Assembly: GCF_046119375.1 (NCBI RefSeq)
Contig: NW_027366775.1
Coordinates: 1-64,000, forward strand
Origin: Phyllobates terribilis
Taxonomy: Eukaryota
Reading direction: 5' to 3'
DNA: 64,000 bases
The translations under genes were made by a program, and so were the position numbers. Shown piece after piece: positions 50,001 to 61,864 of this stretch. The number at the start of each line of letters is the position of its first letter. Within the stretch, counting starts at the first letter, position 1. The notes below the pieces were generated by a model. It saw nothing but the letters and a program-made list of their open reading frames with translations, did not search any database and was not told the origin of the DNA.

Positions 50001-53000
50001 AATTCCCAAGTTTAAAAGAATCATGAAGTTTAAGGAGTCAAGAAAGAAGGAGCTTACAATTAAAGGGAGATGCTTAATGAAGGGGGGTCAATACCAAGTG
50101 TAGCCTTAGTTTGATTAATGGTTCCTTGTTCAGGGCCTAGGTGAAAATGTCAGCTATTTGATCCTCAGTTCTACAACGGGTAAGCTCTATGTTCTTCTTA
50201 TCCACATGGTCTCAAAGGAAGTGATGACGAACATCAATGTGCTTAGTTCGAGAGTGGTGCACAAGGTTCTTTAGATGTTGATAGTTCTTGTGTTGTCACA
50301 TCTTATTTTGAGAGAGTCCATAGTAATACCAAAGTCCTTGAGTTGTTTCTTGAGCCATAGGAGTTGAGCACAGCATGAAGCAGCCGCTATGTATTCCGCC
50401 TCGGTGGTGGACACGGCTACTGAGTTTTGCTTTCGAGATCCCCAAGAAACAAGGCAAGGGCCTAAGAATTGATCCATACCTAAAGTGCTCTTTCGATCAA
50501 CTAAATAACCTGCATAGTCAGCATTGTATATCCAAGGAAGGTTAAAGTTGCAGTTCTTAGGGTACCACAAACATAAATCATCAGTTCCTTTTTAATAACG
50601 AAAGATTCGGTTGATGATAGTGACATGCGACTCCCTTGGATCGGATTGAAATCTCGCAATAGGCTTACTGCAAAGACAATATCAGGCCTAGAGGCAGTTA
50701 AGTACATCAAATATCCAACCATATGAAACTCTATAGAAGCTCTTGAGTGAGTGTGCACTCCTGAGTGTAAGGGAGTGATCATGTTCCCTGGAGGATGAGC
50801 GCCTCGTTGCTGGAAGCCTCTAGTAGGAGGGGTTGTGATGGGAACTATGTTAGAGTGAGAGGGCACATCATTTTCACTGTCTGAGTCACAGGATATGGGA
50901 GATGAGTCTATAAATGGAGGGGCGAGTGGATTTAAGGCTCTAGAAGAAGGTTCTTGAGGTCTTTCTGAAGGCGCTTCTAAGAGGGCGACTTCGGGGAATG
51001 GATATGCAGTGCTAGACGTTGTTGAATGGAAAGTGCCTTCGTCTAACACCACGCGTATGCTCTCCTCATAAGTTCTAGTTCTTTGATTAAACACCTTATA
51101 TGCCTTACTCGTTGGAACATAGCCAAGGAACATGGCTTCATCGCTTCTTTCATCAAATTTTCCCAAGTTATCCTTTCCGTTATGAGCACAAAGCACTTGC
51201 ATCCAAAGACCTTGAAATATGAGATGCTGGGAGGATATCGTTTGATCAGCTCATATGGGGTTTTAGCAAGTGTAGGGCGTAGAAGAGCCGTATTGGTGAT
51301 GTAGCAAGCTGTGTTCACTGCTTCAGCTCAAAATGATGAAGAAACTCCACTTCCAAGTAGCATTGTTCTCGCAATCTCCACTAAAGTTATGTTCATCCTT
51401 TCACCAACTTCATTTTGTTGTGGAGTCGTAAGGGCTAAGAAATTATGGGTTGTCCCTCTTTCAATGCAGTAGCTAAGCATCTCGCTGTTCTCAAACTCAG
51501 TCCCATGGTCGGAACGAATGGAGCAGACTTGTAGTGATAGGGATTTCTCAAGCAAAGTGACGAGCTCAGTGAAGTGAGTGAAGACTTGATCTTTAGAGCA
51601 AAAAAAGAGTGTCCATGTGAACCTGAGAAGTCATCAACAATCAAAAATATGTAACGTGCTCCACCAGGGCTTTGAACACGCATAGGTCCACAGAGGCTTC
51701 TTGGTTATGATGTCTGACTTTGGCTTGAACGATCTTCTGACTTGTTTTTCCCTTGACACAATTAGCACAATGTTTCATATTCTATATCTTGATATGAGGT
51801 AAACCATGGACTATCTTTCGCATGAACCTTGTGTAGGGGATGTAGATTGAGGTGCCCAAGTCTTTGATGCCACAAAGCGGTTTGATCTTCTATAGTAGCC
51901 AGGAAAAGTTGACTCTTAGGGATGTAACTGGGGTCAAATATGGAAGTGTTATTGAATCGCTTTCCGTTTAAGATAATTTCATTTGCAGCGTTCCTCACAA
52001 AGCACTTTGAGTTATTAAAAGTGACTTCATTTGGTCCCTCATCGCAAAGCCGAGTGACACTCAATAGATTATAGCGAAGTCTCTACACAAAGTTCACCAT
52101 TGAATCTTTATTTTATCATTCAGAAGCACCTTTCCATGTCATGTAATCTTTCTAGATCTTTTGTCACCAAATGATACGCTTCCACCATCATAGTTCTGAA
52201 ATCTTTGTAATCTTTCCTTGTCTCCTGTCATGTGACATGAGCAACCACTATCGATGTACCATTTGTTCTCACTGCTCAATTTTACCTACAATAAACAATC
52301 AAAAATTTAGAACACATCGAAGCTCAACTTTTCTGGGTGGATTAGCTTTCTTGTTCACATTAGGAGAATGATTATTGACTCACTTTTGGCCTTTGGTTGA
52401 AGGAACATGCTCAAAATAAGAAGGGTCATTCAAATCAAGCACTTCATGTGTATTGTGAGTGGGTGACTTGTATGGCTTGTTACTTAGAGCATACTTCTTC
52501 TTGCAGCTATGTATAGTATAGTCATTATTACCACAGAAACTACACCATTCATTATATTTGACATAGTCGTACTTGCCCTTTCCAGGTCTGAAGGGTCTTA
52601 ATCCTTAAGCTTAGGATCTAAGGTGTTTACTGAGTTCCCTTGGGCTTGGATCACATTCATCTTATGAGCATTTCCCTTGGAAGCAGCAATTAGTGTCCCT
52701 TCATTGTTGTTCAAGTGCCTTTACATTTTTTTCTAGAAAGTTATATTTGCTTCTACAAGTTTGAAGGGCTTTATCTAAGGTCTCAGCTTTTTCAATTAAT
52801 TCTCTAGTAAGCTTCTCATTGGAACTAAATCCCTTAGTGGAATCCCCATCCAATTCATATCCTAGTCGAGTTTTAGATCTAACAAATACAGTTTGATTAA
52901 CCATGTTCTTATTAATAGATTCAGTTAGATACGTGAGTTTATTAAGAATGATTCCTAAGTCGCTTTCTACCTTTGATTACAAGTCCTTAGATAGTCCCCC

Positions 53001-53224
53001 TTGAGGTTGCTTACCATTGCACCCCTCGTAGGTCTTAGTCATTAGGCTCAGTTCCCTAGACTTTACTAAGGCTTTTCCTTGTTAGCTAACCTAGTAGACA
53101 GATCCAGACACTCACTACGTAGATCTTTGACTTCCTCTTCATATTCATTGATTTGTGACTCTAGAGTTGCAGTATCTTCTAACAAACCCTTAATCATGTT
53201 GATAAGCTCTTTCATTTCTAGAAA
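47050..53224 (-). mobile_element. Sirevirus (SIRE) copia body: gag end, PR, INT, RT-deleted pol, RNaseH, env-like ORF, PPT
   Basis: Knuckle CSFCGNNDYTIHSC; IDSGCSCHMTGD; LWHQRLGHLN; TPQQNEVGER; KDNLGKFDERSDEAMFLGY; WYPKNC...VSWGSRKQNSVAVSTTEAEY. SIRE-type tttgtcatcattaaaaagggggaaa at 47111-47086. Confidence 0.88.
47600..48770 (-). pseudogene. Sirevirus env-like extra ORF remnant
   Basis: Pro-rich N-terminus, then LERTRWCKL...IDLDEVQFFYSAL, and later LPYPYVVKKIMIELG. It lies between RNaseH and the PPT, as expected for Sireviruses. Confidence 0.6.
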
Positions 53225-53961
53225 AACATAACCAATCTAGAAGCCAGTCAATAACTCAATTAACAATTTCATTCAAGAGAAAACCATACAATTTCTGCAT
53301 AACAATAATCTAGAAAATCTCACAACAGTAACCAATTGAATACCTTTTTTAACTTTACTAAGAAGTAAGAGTTTAGTTACTCATACCGAAGGACAAACTG
53401 GATATTCTTGATTAAACTTGTAGAGATCTAGCAAAAAGTCTCCAAACTCAAACGATGAACAAGTTCGTAGAGTAGAACAAAAGATAATTCGATTGATTCT
53501 ATGATTAAAATAAAAGCCACTTTAAATAGATTTATTTTAACCCTAGATTCTATCTTCCTAAGGTAAAAATCACCGAAAACGAATCTACACTAATAGTATC
53601 TCAACAACAATAATCTGGAAAGACAACAAAAATAAGAAAAATCTCGTTTGCCAAATAAGCATATCGGAGGACGCCGGTATGTCTCCGGGAAAACTTCGTA
53701 ATCCATCAGCGGGCGCCAGTCAGTGGATAGGTCGGTGGTTGCCGCCGAAAGATCATCTATACTCCTCCAGCTCCTTCAGCTTCATCTAGATCTTCAAAAT
53801 GCGAATCTCTCATCTTCTCTTCTCATCTTACCTCCAAGAAGTAGCATAAATAAGCATATATGGTCGCAAAGCAATACGCACCAAATACAATATACTACAG
53901 TTCAAAGCAGCAGTGAATATGTGCTAACTACATGCTCTTATACCTGTCGTAGACGTGTACA
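53225..53961 (-). repeat. Family D LTR, 5' part only
   Basis: The minus strand starts TGTACACGTC; aligns with 37640-38360; abuts the SIRE gag. Confidence 0.65.
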
Positions 53962-53965
53962 TTAG

Positions 53966-55550
53966 CATGGTAATAACGGCGCGGTTTGCGTCGGCTGCGG
54001 AGGCTCGATTTCTTCTTTTTCCATCATGTTTCCTTCTGTGTGTCACGACTTTATGGGTGAGGGTTGCGTCGGAAACATAACCTAGGATCATATTCTTTCT
54101 GCCACAGAGATGACTGCGGGATGCAGATTTATGGTGCGGGGTGTGGAGAGTCCTCTGGTGATCCTTCTTCAGATTTCACGTTCATATGAAGGATCTCAGA
54201 GAATAACTCGGAAGCTTTAGCACGGGCCGTGGATACACACTTTGAGTGTTCCCTTGGGAAATTCGTTGGAGATGATTTCTTTGGCCATGGATTCTTGTAA
54301 ATATGCATTTTCAAGCACGACATTGACGTTTGGGATTTATCTCTTTGTTCGAAGGAAGACATCCATAATCTCTTATCACAATCTTTTCTACAACCTATGT
54401 CAGCTAACCAATTTATGTTTGGATCTGCTTGACCTGCCTAGCTGTTTCATAGACATTTCCTATATTTGTGGCCAAGGAATGTAGAAGATCTTCTATGCTA
54501 GGTCATCTATCTTGATGTGGTGGCCTTGACTCAAACATTATTTGTTGTTGGTATTGCTCATTGTTCCCATACTTTTGATTCTAATTTTTCAAACATGGTG
54601 GATCATAACTACTATAGGGAAAGGCTCTTGGGAGAGGAGGGTCATAAGTACCAAGTTTGTTTATCTTGGAGTTCACCTCTTGTATCTTTTGGCATATATT
54701 TGTGCGATGTAATGGATCGCCTCAAATTCCACACAGCTTCAGCTGCTACAGTGTGTCTTTTAGTAGTATCTTCACCATCTTCTTTATCTCGGAGATCTTT
54801 ATAGATAGATTGGAGGACTTTACAGCATGTACTACTCGTGTTGGTGAAGACAATCCTAATTGTCTTGTTCCTTCAGACATCTTGTTGAATACTTCTGTTG
54901 CTTGCTCAAGTGTCTTGTCAAGGAAACTACCGCCATATGTTGCATAGAATAGGATTCTCACCAGGTCTAGAAGACCATAACAGAGACTTCTAATCAATTC
55001 TCTTTGCTCCAATTAATGATGAGGGCAGTCGGTGATCAATCTATTGAATCGTTCTCTATACTCATAGAGTGTTTAATCCTTCTCTTATTGTATAGAATTA
55101 ATCTCTGTCCTGATATTGTTGACTTTCTTAACCGGGAAGTACTTGTCTAGGAATGCCTACTGCATATTTGTCCAGGACCTTATAGAACTAGTGGGAAGGT
55201 AGTTATACTACTGGCTAGGGCTATACTTTAGTGAGAAAGGAAAGGCTCTCATCATGATTTGGCCATTTGTGACTCCTCTCAGCTTCATGATTGAGCATAT
55301 AGAGTGGAATTGGCGTAGATGCTTGGTAGGATCTTTGCCACTCAATCCATGAAGCTTGGCCAATAGATGAATTAACCTAGGTTTTAGCTCAAAGTTTGTA
55401 CCTTCTATCAATGCTGGCATGACAATTGTGGCCGGTTGTGGAGCAAAGCGTTTATCAGACAGTTTACTCATCTTCATCTTCACCATGCGTGCGACATCTG
55501 CTGCGTTTTTTGCTATATTGCTGCAATTATTGTTGCTTCTAGTGCTAGGG
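53966..55550 (-). pseudogene. Athila-type gag remnant (family B)
   Basis: FELKPRLIHLLAKLHGLSGKDPTKHLRQFHSIC...IMMRAFPFSL; ATYGGSFLDKTLEQA. Degenerate Asp PBS at 55714-55698. Confidence 0.82.
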
Positions 55551-55719
55551 GGTCGGCAATCAAGTTTAGAAAATTGTCTTTTCTTAGCTTCTATTCAATT
55601 TCTGCACATGGTTGAAACAAAGGATTGCTGCTAGATCTGGTGGTGCGAGTCATAAGATATACCCACACCGACTAAACCTAAGTATTATCTAGTTTTACCC
55701 CAACAATGACACCAAATTT

Positions 55720-57045
55720 TGACACATGGGTCTCGTGTTCCTATCGTGGCACACACGAGTGTCAAAATAATTATTATAATCAATAGTAAATGGAATTAAG
55801 GAGTCGATCTCACAGAGAAAACGTAACAATGTTTAGACCTCGCATAACTCATATTCGGATTGTTTGATTTGTTTGTGATATTTTTGGGGTCATTGTTCCA
55901 TTTTCCTAATCCACTTATATTTCCATTTTAGTTTAGATCATTGTGCTCTTTATCACTTATTCATATTAATTCTTACATTTCCCTATCCTAAATACACATT
56001 TATATCCTACATTCGCTAACCAGAACCATGTAGAACATTTTGATACCAAAAATATGCATAATTATAACGATCCACACATAAGTGTCTCCAAATCTTAATC
56101 CTTGAGACAAGCCAACACAACAGTGTCTACAAATCTCAACAATTAAGACGAGCCAATATGTGTTTCAGTAAATTGTAATAATTTTAACTTGTGCTCACAA
56201 CCAGTCTAAACACAAGCAAAGGGTTTTCTAAGGTGATAGTATGCTAGTAATAATGAATGTCTAGGTTTTCAATCTAATCGGTCATACAAAGCAATAAGAT
56301 GATAATTATATAAACAAACACATCAACATAGTACGAATCAACATGAATAGAATAACACTTACAGAACTAAAACTTCCATATAGATTTCATAGAAAAGGAA
56401 AATAATGTTTGGAGCATAGCTCTTCATGCTATGCTCTGAAAATATGAACGGAATAATAAAATAGCAAACAACCCTGGATCGTACGGACAGTTGCTCCTTA
56501 TAAAGTAGATCAACTTAATCTAATTCTAACAAGTACTATAATAAAAAAAAAAGAAGAATACAGAACTAATCCTAACAAACTAACGCTAATTAATAAACCA
56601 AGTAGATATGTCTCTGAAGGTGAATCGTAGATTCTGTGATCTGATGGAGGCGCGGGGAGAGGCGGATAAGGTGCAGGCCACGACCGTTGAGGCAGGTGAG
56701 ATTCTTCTCATCCTTTATAACAGAATGATCCATCATGTGGGAAAAGGTCAAATCTGGCTTGGACCAAGTACACGGGGCACGGTAGAAAAGGTGTGGGTCG
56801 GGGCCATAACTTTGTCGATACTTCACTTCTGGCCACACTTCTACTTGAAGCGTGCAAAAATCCTCCATTTTGTAGATTCGTCAGCAACTTCTCTCTAAAA
56901 CTCCTCTAAATGCGTCTAAAAATCCTTGAATACTTGATCTTATCATTCCTGGGTCGGGTAATCACAATTCATCTAATATAGCTGATAACTCCTCCAAATG
57001 TGTACTAAATCTTATGAATTATACCATCGTGATTGGATCATATCA
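55720..57045 (-). repeat. 5' LTR, Athila-type family B
   Basis: TG...CA termini; next to the PBS; colinear with 30450-31672. Confidence 0.85.
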
Positions 57046-59620
57046 GGATCCATCAATAGTTCAAACTAATATAGGCATTAAGAGTATGAATATAGTAGGT
57101 TATGAAGTAGCATATCATAACCAAATACTAAGCTAGTCCACAAATCAATTGTCTTTACAATTGACGAGCACAACTAGATACTTAGCTAGTCCCCTAATCA
57201 ATTCTCTTTAAGATAGACTAGCACAACCAAACACTAGTGCAAAGTATATTCTTTAAGGAATAGATATGGTAAACCAGTAACAATCTAACTTGCAATGGAT
57301 CAAATAGATACAATGACTAGTTGGCCAAACTAGAAATCCTAGCAACTAAATCCTAATTCAATTAAGCACAAGAGAAGATATAACACAATAACCAGAGGTA
57401 AGGAATAGTAAAACACACAAATTTATTAAACTAGAATCTTAAATGTTCAACTAGGTTATGGAAGGGAAGAGAGGAGGAATAAACGAACTGTGAATGGATA
57501 TGTCAATGGACAATGTGTTTCTTCCCTCTAAACTAACCTAAATACCTAGTTTAATGATTAATAACAAACTAATACGAAACCAATTAAAAATAACAAAACA
57601 CTTATAAACTAATACTAAACTTCGGAATATTTCTGGTAAATTATCGTCACATGTGGTGATTGCCGATAATTATGTAGTGATCGCCAATAAAAAGTTTTAA
57701 CATATGTGACCTTGTATAAAAAACACCATAATTTTTTATCCTTAACTCTGATTATGCTCATCTATTGAGAGAATAAAATAGACTTCAAGATCTAACTCCT
57801 CATCTTAAACTCACCCCATTTGAGCATTAAATCTAAGAGAACGAACCATTTAAACTTGACACAGTGTTGTGGAACTCGCCTTCTTGTCTTCTTCCTTCAC
57901 AACTTCGTCTTTTCTTCGATTTTGATCTTCTCTTCCTTTCTTCTTAGTCTTAAAAGCCTTCCAAATCTTCATGATAGCACACTTGATAGGTCTCCCTTGA
58001 ATTCTTCAATGTGCTCCACAATAACTCATAACGGCACTAAAATACCGCTAAACCCTTGCCTATAGACACGTCATAAATGTGTATATCAAACTCCCTCACA
58101 CTTGATACTCTTCTTGTCTTGAGTGAAATCATACTACTACTCATCCTCAAATGCAAATCATGTAAAAACTCTAGTGCAACAAAGCTCAACAAACTAATAA
58201 CAACAATAACGCTCTTCTCCCCAATCCAAACCAGCCTAATACAATAGATATGCCTAATATGATCAAATAACAACTCAACACTTATGTCCCGAGTGTAGGT
58301 AAAAATTGAATATTTTTAGAAACACTCAATTCTTTCACTCTCCAATTCTTAATTAGGCGCCCTTTTTGTTTTCCACCTAAAACTCTCATTAAATGTACTC
58401 ACCACTTCGCTATCATTCTAAATCATATATTTTGAGACCTAATATTTGCCAGGTTATCTTCTTATTGTATGAGTCATCCCGAAGGATTTTCAACTAATCT
58501 TAAGATTTCATTTTTGCTCTTTTTGACATATATCTTGCTTTTTTAAGTGTTTTCAAACGTATAATGATAGGTAGAATACATAAACCACTCCCCCACGCTT
58601 AAATTAAAATTGTCCTCAATGTAATGGATAAATTATAAGGGAAGGAGAAATGGTACGGAATAGATGCCGTGAAAATCACGATGAATGCAACTTAGAAGTC
58701 ATTCCTTTGTTGCAGCCGTCTTCGAAAACTCATGTGTTCCTAATGTTTTGTGTAGAACGGGTCCTAGTACTCACAGTTTAATGTCGTAAATGATGGAAAT
58801 CCGACTCAATCAAGCGTATGCAAGTACAAAGGTGGCTAATGGTGATAAAACTTGTCTCGGACAAGCAGACCAATGATCGTTGGTGCCTATGCAGCGATCT
58901 CCGGATGTACAATTTTTAAACCATACGTCCCAAAATAGGATATGGGCGTCGAATGTAACTGCTCGGTATTCCTCGTGGTTAGCGGTGATATTTTCCCACA
59001 AATTCTCATGCTCACCACTCTCTCACTCAGTTTTTGCTTCTAGGGATCTTTCCCCTTTCTTTCTTCTCTCTAGCAGTTTTATCTTTTCTGCTTTCTCCCT
59101 CTCGATTCTATTGGGATCACAAACGGCTCTTTCTTCTCTCTATTCTTTTCAACACTCAATTTAGTTTCACTATTCTTTTGAAAACGCCCCAATTCTTTTC
59201 CTCACAAAACCTTACTCCACTTTGTTTTTAAAAAGAATTTTTAAAGGATAGGAAGAATTACCGAGCAGATATGAACGTAGACAGATTTAGTAAATGACAC
59301 ATACTATTTTGCAAATAATCTAACCTAATCTAATGAAAGAAATTGATCAACCTTAGTTGTCTCCCGATAAGTGCCTTGGTTTACATTGTGGTAGTTGTCG
59401 TGCTTTCTCATCATCTCTTACTCTCCCGGATCTTTCGGGACTCACACTATCCAAACCTTCTTTGGTATTCCTCTTATTACATTGGGAGGGATGGGATTGT
59501 ATAGATCAATCCAAGAATGCTCCTTTCCTTTTCTCATTCTCGGAATCAGTTTCGAAAGAACGACAGTCATTGTCTATGTGGTGGTGATCGCCGGAATTAA
59601 TCTTTAAGAGCTCAATTCCG
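57046..59620 (-). mobile_element. Athila-type 3' end (family H): LTR part to 58088, PPT and non-coding 3' internal region
   Basis: LTR end gtgtatatca followed by aactccctcacacttga. ccactccccccacgctt and tctcccgataagtgccttggtt motifs resemble those in the other Athila bodies. Confidence 0.55.
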
Positions 59621-60158
59621 ATACTACCAGTTTGGCAGTTGCTACCCAAGGGTGGCGATCGCTGTTTTTTTTCCTATTTTCACTTATGAGTGCAAGAGGC
59701 ACAATTCGATGTTTTTCGGTGCTAGTTTGGCGGTCGCCGATCTTGTTTTTGGAAGAAAATATATCTTTCAGATCTCCATCACGGTTGTCGCCGGTAGAAG
59801 TGCAGCGGTCACTAATTATATTTAATTCCCCTACAAATGCATTAAAGATTCACTCGCAATCACCGCCTTCAAGGAAGCACTGTTGGTCTGGATTTTCAGC
59901 AATTCAGCGACTTCTTCTGCCTCAACTTTAGCAAATCAAGCTATGCAACTTTCAGTCTCGATGCTCGAGGACGTCTTAGCCCTGGAATCTAATTTTGGAC
60001 TCATGTCCCTCATGGATTCAAACATCTCACACATCTGTTAAACTAGACTTTGAATCATATCTTTAGTTGCATCTGTCTCTTGAGACAATATTTGACTCAA
60101 CATGGTGATATTCTCATTTGTGTTTATCTAAGGTTTGCATCACCAACATCACCATTTC

Positions 60159-60957
60159 TATTGGAGATATTATAATAGAATTAATTTAGACAAGTAAATA
60201 TCATGTATCTTCGTTTATGGTTAGCATATTTTCCTAGCATATCGGAGATATTATATAGATTAAGTTAGGCAAGTAAATATCATGCATCTTCGTTTATGGT
60301 TAGCATATCTTCCTAGCAGAGATTCTCTTGTAATTAGCTATATATATTTCCCTTTGATGGCCTAATACAATCATCGTATCATTCATTCATCCTCAAACCC
60401 TTATTCTCACATGGTATCGGAGAAGGTTATTCAAACCTTTTTTTTTCTTTTCGATGCTGCTCTTTGGCAATCATGCCCAACAACGAGCACACCGACCTCC
60501 CCACCAAAAAGCGACGTCCTATCAATGACGTTGATTCACCTTTTTACCTTCACCCTTCGGACCACACCGGTCTCGACATTTCCAATGTCACCCTCAAAGG
60601 CGAAAATTACAGAGAATGGGTTGATGCAATGGAGAATGCGTTCATCGCTCGCAGGAAGATGGGTTTTCTCGAAGGTCGTTACAAACGGCCTACTGATCTC
60701 GAGAAACTCGACGATTGGCGTGCTGTCAATTCCATGCTCAAAGGTTGGATCTTTCGATCAATTGATCCTACTCTCCGCTCTTCCATCTCCATGACTGACG
60801 TTAGTGAATTATGGGCTGATCTCAAAGACCGTTTTTCGGTTGGAAACGACCCTCGCATCCTTCAAATCCATACCGATATTGCTCGCAGCCGTCAAAACGG
60901 CCAGTCTGTTGCAGCCTTCTACGGCACAATCAAACAACTATGGGACGAACTTACTAC
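60159..60957 (+). mobile_element. Ale-like copia 5' end (LTR 60159-60411, PBS, gag), truncated
   Basis: ...ttctcaca TGGTATCGGAG PBS, followed by an uninterrupted gag frame. Confidence 0.85.
60464..60957 (+). pseudogene. Ale-like gag N-terminal part, open frame, truncated
   Basis: DSPFYLHPSDHTGLDISNVTLKGENYREW...RKMGFLEG...VNSMLKGWI...LWADLKDRFS...LWDEL. Confidence 0.88.
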
Positions 60958-61216
60958 TGAGAGAACCAACGATTTGAACTCAGCATAGTGGTCTGGAACT
61001 CACCTTGTTTTTTTCATTGGAACCTCGTCTTTGGCTTTGTCTTTGGTCTTGATCTTCTCTTCCTTTCTTAACAATCTTCAAAGCCTCCTAAATCTCCATA
61101 ATAGCACACTTTATAGGTCTCTCTTGAATGTTCCAAATATGCCCCAAAGAAACTTATAACAACACTAATATACCGCTAAAACTTTGCTTATAGACACATC
61201 ATAAACGTGTATATCA
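60958..61216 (-). repeat. Family H LTR fragment
   Basis: Diverged copy of about 57832-58088 with the same gtgtatatca end. Confidence 0.7.
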
Positions 61217-61864
61217 GTTGGTCTTAACACATTCGTTACTCAGGATAAGGTAGACTTGATGTGTCTAGACTAGAAGTGTTTGTTCATCCTTACTTGTACT
61301 CGAGAGATCAATAAAAAATTTAAGTGATTTTAATCTTAGATAAATTGTTACTAAATATTCTCACTTTATAAAAGTTGCATGTGCTTAAACATTATTCTAT
61401 GCTGAAAAGAAATGGTTTCCCTTAATTCGGGTCCTATCCGAAAGCTATTCGATTGTACAACTAAAACTCTTAATTAAAGAATTTTTGAGTGTTGGTGTTG
61501 GCGTGGGTGATTTATCTTAGATTTTATTATTTAAGTTTTGACAAAGTATCACCCTCTAAGCTTAAGATTTCATAAAGCGATTCAAAGTAAATATCTTAGA
61601 TCTCAAGATTTTGAATCACTTTATGTTAAAATTGGGTTGGTCCGAATCGCACCCAAAAAGATAGTACTTGATGTTTCTTAATGACTTTTGCAAGGCAGTC
61701 CAAACAACCCATTAATCTAAAATTTATTATTCGCATTGCAAGTTTGATTTGTAACTACCATGGTAGTGGCCTGCCGGCCAACTTATACATTTATCCTATA
61801 TGAAGCACGAAGTCACGTAGAACAGATATGTTTAGGTGCGGACATGCAGAACATACGGTTAAAA

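Noticed and set aside
37050-53961. The two family D LTRs as one intact element
   Set aside because: No PBS, PPT or TSD could be placed, the right copy is truncated, and the interior is explained by other elements.
30445-57050. TSD for the family B LTR pair
   Set aside because: gaaat vs ggatc match at only 2 of 5 positions, so they were not counted as evidence.
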